Origin: a virus
Taxonomy: Duplodnaviria; Caudoviricetes
Strand: one strand, 5' to 3'
Length of the DNA stretch: 60,351 bases
IMG/VR virus record: IMGVR_UViG_3300048833_000402
Span: 1-60,351 of that record
The notes below the pieces were generated by a model. It was not told the origin of the DNA and made no database searches. It saw only the letters and a list, made by a program, of their open reading frames with translations. Every line of letters starts with the position of its first letter. The stretch's first letter is position 1. Of the stretch, positions 9,383 through 18,721 are shown piece by piece. Made by a program: the position numbers and the translations under genes.

Positions 9383-11257
9383 TTGCGAGTATGTCGGATA
9401 AGTATCAATCATTTCCGTGGCATCAAAGGCGCCGTTCTGCACTTGCCCAAGCATGCGGTGCTAATCGGCGACAACAATACTGGCAAAACGACCATTCTTG
9501 AGGCGCTGGACCTCGCTCTTGGTCCTGATCGACTGAATCGTACCCCGCCGATTGATGAGCACGATTTTCATCAGGGGCGGTATTTGGCCAAGTCGGATCC
9601 AGAAGCGGCTGCAATCGAAGATGGCGATGCAGCGGGGAATGCCTTAGGCCCCGATGAACCTGCGGCAGCCGAAGAGTCGGACGCCGAGGCACCGCGTATC
9701 GAGATTGAGGTCACCATTGCCGATCTGAGCGAAGAGCAGCTGGCCCGCTTTGGTGACAACGTCGAGTTTTGGGACTCGAACGCGGACTCTTTCTATGAGG
9801 CGCCGAATCCAGAAGGTATCGACCCAGCCCATGTCGTCGAAGCGCTCCGCGTGACCTTCCACGGCTGGTACGACGTCGAGGAAGATGACTTTGAGGGGCG
9901 AACTTACTTCACGCGAAGCCTCCTGGACGGAGGCACACCAGTCCCTTTCACGAAGAAGGACAAGCAGGCCTGTGGCTTCCTTTACCTTCGATCCCTTCGC
10001 ACTGGCACACGCGCGCTCAGCCTTGAGCGCGGCAGTCTCCTCGACATTATCCTCCGGCTTAAGGAAGTCCGGCCACAAATGTGGGAAGACACGCTCGCGA
10101 CTCTGTCGGGTTTCTCCGTGGCCGCAGATCCGGCCCTTGGCATTACTGGCGTACTCGAAAGCATAAACGCCGCCCTGAAGAAGTACGTGCCGAAGGAATG
10201 GGGCATCGAGCCACACTTAAAGGTTTCAAACCTGACCCGCGATCACCTTCGCAAAGTCATCACGGCCTTCATTGCAACAGGCGAAGGCCAACATGCGGCC
10301 CCTTACTACCGGCAGGGAACGGGCACGATCAACATGCTCGTCCTCGCAATGCTGTCGCAGATTGCAGCCGACAAGCAGAACGTGATTTTCGCGATGGAAG
10401 AACCGGAAACGGCAATCCCGCCTTACGCGCAGAAGCGCATCGTACATGAAATCCGTCAGCTCGCCTCGCAGGCGCTTTTCACTTCGCATTCCCCTTACGT
10501 ACTTGAAGAGTTCGCCATCGAGGAAACTGTCGTACTGGGGCGCGGCTCCGACGGCGTGCTTGCTCGCAAGCCAATCAGCCTGCCTGACAACGTGAAGCTC
10601 AAGCGGTACCGGCAGGAGTTCCGGACAAGGTTCTGCGAAGGGCTTCTTGCCCGCCGCATATTGATCGCGGAAGGCGCAACAGAGGCGTCGGCCTTTCCTG
10701 CTGTTTGCCGACTGCTTAGCGAACTTAAGCCAGACACCTACCGCTCCCTCGAAGCTATGGGCGTTTGCGTGGTTGATGCCGGTAGCGAGACAAACATACC
10801 CGGCATGGCGAAACTCTATCGTGAGCTCGGCAAGCGCACGTTCGCCTTGTGCGACAAGCAGGAAGCTGCGCACCAAGCCCTCATTGAGCAAGAAGTCGAG
10901 TGCCTGCTGATGCACGGCGAAAAGGGATTTGAGGCGATGGTCCTCAAAGGCACGACAGAAAATGCGCTCAAGCGCTTTGCCGCGACCATCGACTGGCCGC
11001 AGGACCTTACGCAAACCTTCCCCGATCCAGTCGCTCAGGCGACCGATGCGCTAGCGGCATACTTCAAAAAGAACAAAGGGAACTGGGGCATTTCCGATTT
11101 CCTTGCACAGTGCTCCGAAGACGAAATACCGGAATGGCTTAGGCAGGCCTGCACGCGACTTAAGGACATCTGCGATCCCCCGCCCCCGCCGCCTGCAGAG
11201 GCGGCCGCACAACCCGAAGCTGGCGAACCGGGGGCGCCTGCGGATGGAGCTGACTGA
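9383..11257 (+). CDS. OLD-family ABC-ATPase/TOPRIM nuclease (GajA-like)
   Basis: I.HFRGI, Walker A GDNNTGKTT, signature QGTG, Walker B AMEEPE, H-switch TSHSP, TOPRIM LIAEGATE. Confidence 0.88.
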   Translation: MRVCRISINHFRGIKGAVLHLPKHAVLIGDNNTGKTTILEALDLALGPDRLNRTPPIDEHDFHQGRYLAKSDPEAAAIEDGDAAGNALGPDEPAAAEESDAEAPRIEIEVTIADLSEEQLARFGDNVEFWDSNADSFYEAPNPEGIDPAHVVEALRVTFHGWYDVEEDDFEGRTYFTRSLLDGGTPVPFTKKDKQACGFLYLRSLRTGTRALSLERGSLLDIILRLKEVRPQMWEDTLATLSGFSVAADPALGITGVLESINAALKKYVPKEWGIEPHLKVSNLTRDHLRKVITAFIATGEGQHAAPYYRQGTGTINMLVLAMLSQIAADKQNVIFAMEEPETAIPPYAQKRIVHEIRQLASQALFTSHSPYVLEEFAIEETVVLGRGSDGVLARKPISLPDNVKLKRYRQEFRTRFCEGLLARRILIAEGATEASAFPAVCRLLSELKPDTYRSLEAMGVCVVDAGSETNIPGMAKLYRELGKRTFALCDKQEAAHQALIEQEVECLLMHGEKGFEAMVLKGTTENALKRFAATIDWPQDLTQTFPDPVAQATDALAAYFKKNKGNWGISDFLAQCSEDEIPEWLRQACTRLKDICDPPPPPPAEAAAQPEAGEPGAPADGAD

Positions 11258-13064
11258 AAAACAACAAGACGTTCTTGCTGCAGGCGGCCATCTCCTCGTC
11301 ACAGGGGGGCCGGGGTCAGGGAAGACAACGATCTCTATTCACAAAGCGGCCGGAATTGCCGCGAGGGATCTGCGACCAGGTCAGCAGGTCCTGTTTCTCA
11401 GTTTTGCTCGCGCCAGCGTTTCGCGTGTTGTCGAAGCCATCGAATACGAACAGCAGATCCCGCGCCAGTTGAAGAGCCGTATCGAGGTCGAAACCTATCA
11501 TTCGCTGTTCTGGCGCCTCCTTAAGACCCACGGTTACCTTGTCGGTCTGCCCCGGCGGTTGACGATCCTCACGCCACCAAACGAAGCAATTGCTCTGTCG
11601 GCTATTCGCCTTGGCTTCGGGGCTGACAGCGCCCTGTCCGATGCCGAAAGGGCAGCTAAACACGCGGCAGAAAGTACGGAACGGCGGCGCCTAGCCGAAC
11701 AGGAAGGCCGCGTCTGCTTCGATCTGTTCGCGACGTATGTTGGCGACCTTTTCACCGGAAGCGAGCGCCTCCGCCGACTCTTTGCGACCATGTACCCAGT
11801 CGTCATTCTGGACGAGTTCCAGGACACAAATGCTGCCCAATGGCGCATCGTTGAGGCGATCGGCCAATTTTCACGGCTCATCGCGCTTGCCGATCCGGAA
11901 CAGCGTATCTTCGATTTCATCGGCGCTGACCCAGAAAGACTTAACCACTTTCGGCAGAAGTTCGCACCGGTCGAGGTGGATTTCGGAACGACGAACCATC
12001 GAAGTGCTGGAACCGATATTGGCCTATTCGGTAACGATGTCCTGAAAGGCGTCTTCCAGAAAAGCAGCTATGTTGGAATTGATTGCCAAGTATTCGAGCC
12101 ATATGCGGACGCGGCAATGTCCAAGCTGATCACAACGACATATGCAGCGCGGGGGCGCTTGGTCGCAACCGGTAAAGCAGACTGGTCTCTCGCCATTCTC
12201 GTACCGACACGAAAGATGACCCGATTGGTGTCGGATCACTTTCGATCTCCGCCAGCAGGTATGGCCCCTATCGCGCATACCGCAGTTGTCGAAATCGAAG
12301 CCGCCATCTTGGGCGCAGAGATCGTTGCGCACCTCCTTCAGCCAGCTGATGACGTAAAGCATTTTGACCGGTTGATCGAGCTCTTGTGTAGCTATTATCG
12401 AGGAAAGGGCGGCGACAAACCGACGAGCGGCGCGCTGAAACAAGCAGATGCGCTCGCTAAAGCTTATGAGAAGTGGACTTCTGCCCTTGCATCCGGCAAG
12501 GCACCAAATGCCACGAGCGTTATCCAGAAAGTGTCGACTGTCTATCAGTCCGCGCTTGCCGCTGCCCTGACCGGGGACCCCGACCAAGATTGGCGAACCA
12601 TTCGGGCAATTCTTGAAGGCGGTCCTTGCCCTCGCCTGAGCGAGGTCGGATCGGAAGTACGGAACATCCGCATCCTCGAACGTGGCTCTCAGCTTAGACA
12701 GACCCTCGCCCTAGATTGGCGTGACCATGGCGCATACCTGAACGCACTCGAGATCGTTCGCCAAGCCTTTGTACAGGATCACTTTGCCACAGGGATCAAG
12801 CCGGAAACCGGGGTCGTCATCATGAACATGCACAAGGCGAAGGGAAAGCAGTTCGACGAAGTCATCATCTTTGAAGGTTGGCCATTGATCCGGAAGGGAC
12901 AGATCATGGCGAACCCGCATCGCATCGTTCGGGACAACGATAGGAAGCAAATAGCTGACGATGTTCGCCAGAACTTCCGGGTGAGCGTAACGCGGGGTCG
13001 TCAAAGGACGACCATACTGACGCCAGGCGTTGATCCGTGTGTACTTCTGTTGGGGAATTCTTGA
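11244..13064 (+). CDS. UvrD/Rep-family SF1 helicase (GajB-like)
   Basis: GGPGSGKTT, LSFA, ILDEFQD, ADPEQRIFDF, NHRS, MHKAKGKQFD, VSVTRGR; ATG 11244 overlaps the end of the OLD gene. Confidence 0.88.
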   Translation: MELTEKQQDVLAAGGHLLVTGGPGSGKTTISIHKAAGIAARDLRPGQQVLFLSFARASVSRVVEAIEYEQQIPRQLKSRIEVETYHSLFWRLLKTHGYLVGLPRRLTILTPPNEAIALSAIRLGFGADSALSDAERAAKHAAESTERRRLAEQEGRVCFDLFATYVGDLFTGSERLRRLFATMYPVVILDEFQDTNAAQWRIVEAIGQFSRLIALADPEQRIFDFIGADPERLNHFRQKFAPVEVDFGTTNHRSAGTDIGLFGNDVLKGVFQKSSYVGIDCQVFEPYADAAMSKLITTTYAARGRLVATGKADWSLAILVPTRKMTRLVSDHFRSPPAGMAPIAHTAVVEIEAAILGAEIVAHLLQPADDVKHFDRLIELLCSYYRGKGGDKPTSGALKQADALAKAYEKWTSALASGKAPNATSVIQKVSTVYQSALAAALTGDPDQDWRTIRAILEGGPCPRLSEVGSEVRNIRILERGSQLRQTLALDWRDHGAYLNALEIVRQAFVQDHFATGIKPETGVVIMNMHKAKGKQFDEVIIFEGWPLIRKGQIMANPHRIVRDNDRKQIADDVRQNFRVSVTRGRQRTTILTPGVDPCVLLLGNS

Positions 13065-13128
13065 TCCACCGCCTTCGCTGCCTGCGACTGCGGGCTTATG
13101 CATGGTGTTGCGGTTTTTCTGGTGTGGT

Positions 13129-13147
13129 GTTGATGTGGCGTTGATGT
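13129..13147. repeat. Tandem GTTGATGT repeat, putative integrase arm-type site left of the att core
   Basis: GTTGATGT at 13129 and 13140 (11-bp period). Confidence 0.45.
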
Positions 13148-13161
13148 AAACGGGCGAATGC

Positions 13162-13183
13162 AAAAAGCGCCCCGCGGGGCGCT
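13162..13183 (-). terminator. Intrinsic terminator downstream of the tRNA 3' end
   Basis: Minus strand AGCGCCCC-gc-GGGGCGCT followed by a T run. Confidence 0.65.
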
Positions 13184-13212
13184 GCTCAAGTAACTGATAA
13201 CACCAGATTTTT

Positions 13213-13259
13213 TGGTTGCGGGGGCAGGATTTGAACCTGCGGCCTTCAGGTTATGAGCC
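13213..13259 (-). pseudogene. 3' half of initiator tRNA-Met (anticodon CAT through CCA) = att core duplication
   Basis: Reverse complement GGCTCATAACCTGAAGGCCGCAGGTTCAAATCCTGCCCCCGCAACCA matches the 3' part of alphaproteobacterial tRNA-fMet; the D-arm and 5' acceptor strand are absent. Confidence 0.9.
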
Positions 13260-13399
13260 GAACCCTTTGGGTTTTATGACTCTTTTTTACTTCAACAACT
13301 TAACGGGCAAGCCTTTGAGATGGCGGACCATTTTGCGACCTCTCGGCGCTTCTCGCAGGATTTGGACGGATCGACGTGCGCTCAGGAACGCATTCGCGG

Positions 13400-13418
13400 G
13401 TTGACCAGACGTTGACAA
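13400..13418. repeat. Tandem GTTGAC repeat, putative integrase arm-type site right of the att core
   Basis: GTTGACCA at 13400 and GTTGACAA at 13411 (11-bp period). Confidence 0.45.
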
Positions 13419-13607
13419 GCGATGCTCATTAACCGCGATAGACCATCCCTATATCCCGTGGACCGGCCACGACGCTGGGGGCGGAAAGCGGGCGGTCGCC
13501 ATGTGCGCGAACCGAGTGGTCACGTTACGCCAGAGCAGACATTCAGGCTCCGCGTCGCACTGTCGAAGATGCCCACTGTATCGAGACTGGCTGCTCGCTC
13601 GCGACGG

Positions 13608-14702
13608 TCAAGCGACCTTGACGAAAGCCTTCCCGTCCAAATAGGCGTCGACGTGGTTCCTTAGGGTCCGGCCGACGTACTCGCCCAGCGGCACCGGTAC
13701 AGCGTTGCCAATAAGCCGCCCGATCCGAGCAAAGCTCGGTCGGTCCTCTGCTGCGAGGAATGAGTAGTCGGCCGGGAAGCCCTGGAGCATCGCCGCCTCG
13801 CGCAGCGTTATGGCCCTGTCCTGCTCAGGGTGTCCGAAGCGACCGTTCCCGTACCCAAAGCACTGGGTCGTGATCGTCGGGCCGGGCTGGTCCCACTCCA
13901 TCCTACCGTAGACGGCGGGGTAGGTGGCGCCGGTCGAGCGCCGGTGGCACTTGGCCCGGAGTTCGTCCGGCCAGTCCCGCCAGGTGCCGCCCGGCTTAGA
14001 GGCGCGGATGCGCTGGAGGTTGGTCGCACTCAGCCTGCTCGCCACGTGCAGGGGGTCCGAGGGGTCCGCCTCTCCCGCCGCGACGGGGCGGAGGGAGCCG
14101 ATGGCCTGGCGCACCGTCGTGGTCCTCCCGGCGTCGGGCGCCGGGAGCTCGATCGGACCCAGCCTCGACGCGACCAGCACCAAGCGCTTGCGGGTCTGCG
14201 GCAGGCCGACGTCGCGGACGTCCACGATCCGGTGGTCGATGCTGTACCCGTCGAGACAGCGCAGGAACTCGGCGAACACCGGCTGGTCTAGCAGCGGGGG
14301 CACGTTCTCCATCGTGACCAAGTCCGGCTGCAGGGCCTTGACCAGCTCGCCGAACCTTCGCACCAGCCTCCAGTCGTCACGGCTCCCCCGTCCCTTGCGC
14401 TTCCCTTCGCCCTGCCGGGCGGCGGAGCGCGAGTAGGTAGAGAATGGCTGGCAGGGTGCGCAGCCTGCGAGGAGCGTGACGCGCCCGCCCTGCAGGGTGT
14501 CTGCGATCGCCGATGCGTCGAGGCAGTCGACGTCGGCGAGGAGGAACGCTGCGTTGTTGTTGGCAGAGAAGGGGTGCTCGCAGCTCGGGTCGACGTCGAC
14601 CCCCAGGCGGACGTCGATGCCAGCAAGCTCAAGCCCGTGTGTCAGGCCGCCCGCCCCGCAGAAGAGGTCGACTGCTACGATGGTCTTGTCGGTGCTAATC
14701 AT
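13608..14702 (-). CDS. DNA (cytosine-5)-methyltransferase
   Basis: VDLFCGAGG (I), GCAPCQPFS (IV), MENV (VI), PQTRKR (VIII), IGNAVP (X); ATG 14702 overlaps the HEPN gene stop. Confidence 0.93.
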   Translation of the reverse strand: MISTDKTIVAVDLFCGAGGLTHGLELAGIDVRLGVDVDPSCEHPFSANNNAAFLLADVDCLDASAIADTLQGGRVTLLAGCAPCQPFSTYSRSAARQGEGKRKGRGSRDDWRLVRRFGELVKALQPDLVTMENVPPLLDQPVFAEFLRCLDGYSIDHRIVDVRDVGLPQTRKRLVLVASRLGPIELPAPDAGRTTTVRQAIGSLRPVAAGEADPSDPLHVASRLSATNLQRIRASKPGGTWRDWPDELRAKCHRRSTGATYPAVYGRMEWDQPGPTITTQCFGYGNGRFGHPEQDRAITLREAAMLQGFPADYSFLAAEDRPSFARIGRLIGNAVPVPLGEYVGRTLRNHVDAYLDGKAFVKVA

Positions 14703-15412
14703 GGGGCCTTCGGGTGGAGGAAGCCCTTCGCCACAATGTATTGATCGAAGGACGTAACTACCTCCAGCATATAGGCTACCACGGGATCGCGCAACTCCGC
14801 AAGTCGGGTCGCCGGAAGGTGTTGAGCCCCCGACAGGAAGGACTCGTTGCCATGCGCGAGGCGGTTGCGCTTGTGCCTGAGGTACTTCATCGGCGGCATC
14901 CCGTCCTCGAAGACGCTCTCGCAGGCCGCGACCCGGACCGGCTCGGCCACCGTCAGCGGGCAGGACAGGGAGGCTGCGAGCTGAACCACCTCCTCGTGCG
15001 ACCAGTTGCCCGACCGGCGCCTGATGCTCAGCTTGGTCATGGCCATGCGGTCGATCGCCTCCTGGACGAGGCCGACGAAGCGCGTCTCCGCGTCGTGGAC
15101 GGACAGATCTCGCGAGAGATTGACCCTTCCGAGGGCCCACTCGCGGATGAGGCCGTCGCACCACTCCTTGGGCGTGTGGACCTTGGCCGCGATCGCAACC
15201 TCCTCCAGCACCTTCTCCATAACCGCCTCGACCACGTTGTAGAGGTGAACGAGGAACCCACTCTTCAGGATGTTGACCGGCTCGGAGTCGACCGGCGCGG
15301 TGCGGACTCCCGTCCCCCGACCCACCGCAGACGCCTCCAGTCCCGAGATGAACCCGAGGTGGGTCTCTATCTCGACGATGCGTTCGCGGAGTATATCGCC
15401 GAATTCGCTCAA
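14699..15412 (-). CDS. HEPN-domain nuclease, MAE_28990/MAE_18760-like
   Basis: ILKSGFLVHLYNVVE helix and Rx4H motif KRNRLAHGNESF. Confidence 0.8.
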   Translation of the reverse strand: MSEFGDILRERIVEIETHLGFISGLEASAVGRGTGVRTAPVDSEPVNILKSGFLVHLYNVVEAVMEKVLEEVAIAAKVHTPKEWCDGLIREWALGRVNLSRDLSVHDAETRFVGLVQEAIDRMAMTKLSIRRRSGNWSHEEVVQLAASLSCPLTVAEPVRVAACESVFEDGMPPMKYLRHKRNRLAHGNESFLSGAQHLPATRLAELRDPVVAYMLEVVTSFDQYIVAKGFLHPKAP

Positions 15413-16515
15413 GGCGCGAGCCGCTCATACACGAAGCGAACCCTCGCCAGCAGCTTGGACTTGACGTTGGCCGCGTCGGAGGTCGTGACCTCGGCGAAGT
15501 CGGCGTCGTCGGCCCAGGCCGCAACATCGTCCCGCGTCGCCGACAACGGGCCAAAGTCCCGCAAGGCTAGCGCTGTGCCGACCGCGATCGCCTCAAAGCG
15601 CACGCGTGGAATCTGCTTACCCGTCGCGGTCTTCCTAAAGCCGTTGGGGAACAGCCGCTCGACCTCCGCCAGCATGGCGTCGAACTCGGCCCTCAAACGC
15701 GGCAGGTAGTGGGGGTCGTTCGTGGCGCGCTCATTCGCTTCACGGACAAAGTCCCAAATGTAGTCGCGCGGGCGATCCCGCCATCCCGGAAGGTCCATCG
15801 CGCCGTCCGCCAGCGTGAACTTCTCGAGATATGTGAAGAACCGGACGACGAGCTCCTCCCGCTCCCTCTCGCTGACCTGCTTCGCGCCGATCGGGGTCGC
15901 CGTCACGAAACGCTCGTCCTTTGAACATTCGACAACGAGGTCCATGAACGGACCGGGAAGTGAACCACGGCGAATCTCGGCCTCGTTCAGGTGGGTGCCG
16001 CCGGTATTGATGCGGTTGAACATCTCGGTCCGCGTTGCCTCGTCTACCAGGTTGTCGAGGACGATCCCGCGGATCGACCGTGCCGAGATCTTCCGCTGCC
16101 TGCTACGTTCGAGGTCGTCCACGTAGAAGCCGTTCAGCTCCGGGAGCTGCTGCAGCTTTTGCAGCTTGAGGTCGCCGTCGAGGAACCGGACCATCGTCCG
16201 AAGCCGCTGCGATCCGTCCACTATCTCAAGTCGGCCGTCGTCCGCCTGCCAGAGGAAGAGGAAGGGGATCGGGAGGCCCATCAGCAGGGACTCAATGAAC
16301 CGCGACTGCTTGTCGTCGGGCCAGACCAACTCCCGTTGATATGGGGGGACGTAGTATTCATCCTGTCGAACCTTGTCGGCCAGGAACTCGACCGTGTACT
16401 CAGTTACAAGGTACTTTATCGCCATCTCCAGCTTGGCGATCGCTGCCTCTCCTGCCGTTCTCTGAGCCTCAGTTGCTCTCGTGCGTTTGGTCGTCCGCGC
16501 CATTTGCTTCGCCAA
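15409..16515 (-). CDS. DUF262 (ParB/GmrS-like) domain protein
   Basis: PPYQRELVW, FIESLLMGLPIP, IVDGSQRLRT, MFNRINTGG..L...EIR; alternative start ATG 16503. Confidence 0.9.
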   Translation of the reverse strand: MAKQMARTTKRTRATEAQRTAGEAAIAKLEMAIKYLVTEYTVEFLADKVRQDEYYVPPYQRELVWPDDKQSRFIESLLMGLPIPFLFLWQADDGRLEIVDGSQRLRTMVRFLDGDLKLQKLQQLPELNGFYVDDLERSRQRKISARSIRGIVLDNLVDEATRTEMFNRINTGGTHLNEAEIRRGSLPGPFMDLVVECSKDERFVTATPIGAKQVSEREREELVVRFFTYLEKFTLADGAMDLPGWRDRPRDYIWDFVREANERATNDPHYLPRLRAEFDAMLAEVERLFPNGFRKTATGKQIPRVRFEAIAVGTALALRDFGPLSATRDDVAAWADDADFAEVTTSDAANVKSKLLARVRFVYERLAP

Positions 16516-16744
16516 TTTGGATTCAACTCAATCAATCATCGATTACTGCCCCATTATCAAACTGTTTTACATGGCACGAATGGCTGTCCGTGATTCTTGG
16601 CGCTCCGTCTGGGTTACCCCGTGGGTGGACCTGATCAAACCATCGGCGCAGATGGACGCGTTCATCCGTCTGTTTGCCACCTTCTGCGCCGGGCCGGTTC
16701 CTCCGATCCTCCTGTCTTCCAGCCCGGAATTGCCCCCCGGCCTT

Positions 16745-16776
16745 CAATTCCACCTTCCGCCTGTATTCCGGTCCCT
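16745..16776 (+). promoter_or_regulatory. ~31-bp motif upstream of the integrase, repeated at 19256-19286
   Basis: CAATTCCACCTTCCGCCTGTATTCCGGTCCCT versus CAATTCCACCTTCCGCCTGTCTTCCGGCCCT. Confidence 0.6.
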
Positions 16777-16843
16777 ACCCCGTGGTCCGACTTGATAGTG
16801 GCGCGGGGCTACGCCTGTGTCGTCGGGCAAGGAGGCGGGATGG

Positions 16844-18115
16844 ATGGTCAAACGACTGAAACTGAATGAGAAAACCCTGCGCGAGGCGGAACCGAAGCCC
16901 GGCGTCAGCTATCAGATCTTCGACACGGAGGTGATCGGCTTCGCCGCCCGTGTGCAAGCGTCGGGCGCGCGGACCTTCACCATCGACTACCGGCACGCCG
17001 GGCGGCAGCGGCGGATGACCATCGGGCGCTGGCCGGAGTGGAGCGTCACGGCCGCGCGCGAACGCGCCAAGGAACTGCGCCGCGCCATCGACGAGGGACA
17101 GGATCCTCTGGCTGCCAGGGATGAATGGCGCGGGGCTCCGCGCGTCACGGACATGATCGACCGCTACATCGCCGAGCATCTGCCGAAGTTGTCCAAGACC
17201 AATGCGGGCGACCAGGTCTCGATGCTGAAGAAAATGGTCGAACCGGCGTGGGGCAACCGCCTCGTGACGGAGATCACCAAGTCCGACGTCGCGAAGTTCC
17301 TCGATTTCGTGGCCGAGGGGCGTCCCCGCCCCTGCAAGGCGAAGCCCAACAACCGGGCGCGCAAGCTGCAGGGTCACAAGCCCACCCCGATCCGCGCCAA
17401 CCGCATGGGCGAGGTGCTGCGCAAGATGTTCACGCTGGCGATGGAATGGGAATGGCGGACGGACAACCCTGCGCAGGGGTTCCATCGGCGCATCGAACAT
17501 GCCCGCGAGCGCTTTCTGTCGCCCGAAGAGCTGACCCGGCTGGTGGCCGTGCTGGATGCCGCCGAAGACCAGCGTGCCGCGGCGATCATCCGCATGTGCA
17601 TGCTGACCGGCGCTCGGGTGGGCGAGGTCCGCACCGCACGGTTCGAACAGTTCAACCTCGACTATGCCATCTGGTCGAAACCCGCCTCGACCACCAAGCA
17701 GCGCAAGATCCACCGCGTGCCGATCTCGCAGGACGTGGCGGCCATCGTGCGGCTGCGCCAACAGGCGGTGCCGAGCGGCAATCCGTGGCTCTTCCCCGGC
17801 GACACCGTCGGCCAGCCCGTGCGGGAAATCCGCCGATTCTGGGCCAAGGTGCAGAAGGACGCCGGGCTGGCCGACGTCCGCATCCACGACCTGCGCCACA
17901 CCTTCGCCTCGCTCTTGGTCAGCGGCGGCGCATCTCTGGAAATGATCGGCAAGCTCTTGGGCCACAGCCAGATGCAGACCACCCAGCGCTATGCGCACCT
18001 TATGGATTTTCCCCTGCGCGCGGGCGTCGACACGGTGGCAAGCCTCCTGCGCCCTCGGCCACGCCTTGTGCATGACGCGGCGCAGGAGGGGGCCGACCTG
18101 CCGAAATCGGCCTGA
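16844..18115 (+). CDS. int: Tyrosine integrase with N-terminal arm-binding domain
   Basis: AAGGAGG RBS; RRMTIGRWP.WSVTAARERA arm domain; catalytic TGARVGE, HDLRH, LLGH, TQRY. Confidence 0.93.
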   Translation: MVKRLKLNEKTLREAEPKPGVSYQIFDTEVIGFAARVQASGARTFTIDYRHAGRQRRMTIGRWPEWSVTAARERAKELRRAIDEGQDPLAARDEWRGAPRVTDMIDRYIAEHLPKLSKTNAGDQVSMLKKMVEPAWGNRLVTEITKSDVAKFLDFVAEGRPRPCKAKPNNRARKLQGHKPTPIRANRMGEVLRKMFTLAMEWEWRTDNPAQGFHRRIEHARERFLSPEELTRLVAVLDAAEDQRAAAIIRMCMLTGARVGEVRTARFEQFNLDYAIWSKPASTTKQRKIHRVPISQDVAAIVRLRQQAVPSGNPWLFPGDTVGQPVREIRRFWAKVQKDAGLADVRIHDLRHTFASLLVSGGASLEMIGKLLGHSQMQTTQRYAHLMDFPLRAGVDTVASLLRPRPRLVHDAAQEGADLPKSA

Positions 18116-18118
18116 CCG

Positions 18119-18721
18119 TCACGCCGGGTCCTCGCCGCGCAGCCTGCGCCAGAGCGAAGAAAGCCGTTTGCGGATGGTGCTCTCATCCGGCACCTCCCCC
18201 GACTTCGAGTTCTGCACGAACCAGTCCTGCACCAGCGTGACCAGCGCGGTCTGGGTATCGGGCACGCCCTTCTCGAAAAGGAACCACGTCAGCCACGCAT
18301 ACATCGCGTCCCAATCGTAGCGCGGGCTGGCCCCGATGGTGGAAGCCGGGCGCCGCAGCAGATCGCGTTCCTCCTCGAAGGCTTGCAGCGTTCCGGAATC
18401 CAACAGCAAGTCGGACGACCGGACCAGCACCCCCTCGGCCGGATCGGTGATCGTGAGCCAGGTCTTGCTGCCGAGCGGCATGACCCGCCTGAGCCGCGCC
18501 TGCTCGTCGCTCGGCCCCATCCGCCGGAACATCCCCATCAGTTCCGCCATCGGCACCTGGACCATCCCGGCCACCGTCTCGTCACCGCAGAGGACGGGAG
18601 GAATGCCCGCGACGACATGCAGATGCCCTGCCGCCGCCCAGCCCGCCACATCGGCCGGGTGACAGCCCCAGCGCACGGCGATTTCGTAGATCGAGAAGAA
18701 GGCGACGGGGGGCAGTGGCAT
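18119..18721 (-). CDS. Conserved hypothetical protein with a probable C-terminal HTH (candidate regulator of the element)
   Basis: AAGGAG RBS before ATG 18721; RYDWDAM...VQDWF...VPDESTIRKRL; divergent from the early operon. Confidence 0.6.
   Translation of the reverse strand: MPLPPVAFFSIYEIAVRWGCHPADVAGWAAAGHLHVVAGIPPVLCGDETVAGMVQVPMAELMGMFRRMGPSDEQARLRRVMPLGSKTWLTITDPAEGVLVRSSDLLLDSGTLQAFEEERDLLRRPASTIGASPRYDWDAMYAWLTWFLFEKGVPDTQTALVTLVQDWFVQNSKSGEVPDESTIRKRLSSLWRRLRGEDPA

Larger units (their letters stand above)
1..13212 (+). mobile_element. Prophage 1, right part (tail, lysis, Gabija-like cargo), ending at the tRNA-Met att core
   Basis: Tail and lysis gene run colinear with 50468-59862, then lower-GC cargo, then the tRNA 3' fragment. 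Confidence 0.85.

Noticed and set aside
13213-13290. Functional tRNA-Met gene, and the 62-aa ORF 13216-13404
   Set aside because: Only the 3' 47 nt of the tRNA are present; the ORF (MRGQDLNLRPSGYEP) is the usual spurious antisense translation of a tRNA
13500-13600. Possible MITE-like remnant downstream of the C5 methyltransferase
   Set aside because: No clear terminal inverted repeats and no second copy in the window
14703-15554. N-terminal extension making the C5 methyltransferase 648 aa
   Set aside because: The extension overlaps the HEPN gene; motif I starts right after ATG 14702, which overlaps the HEPN stop
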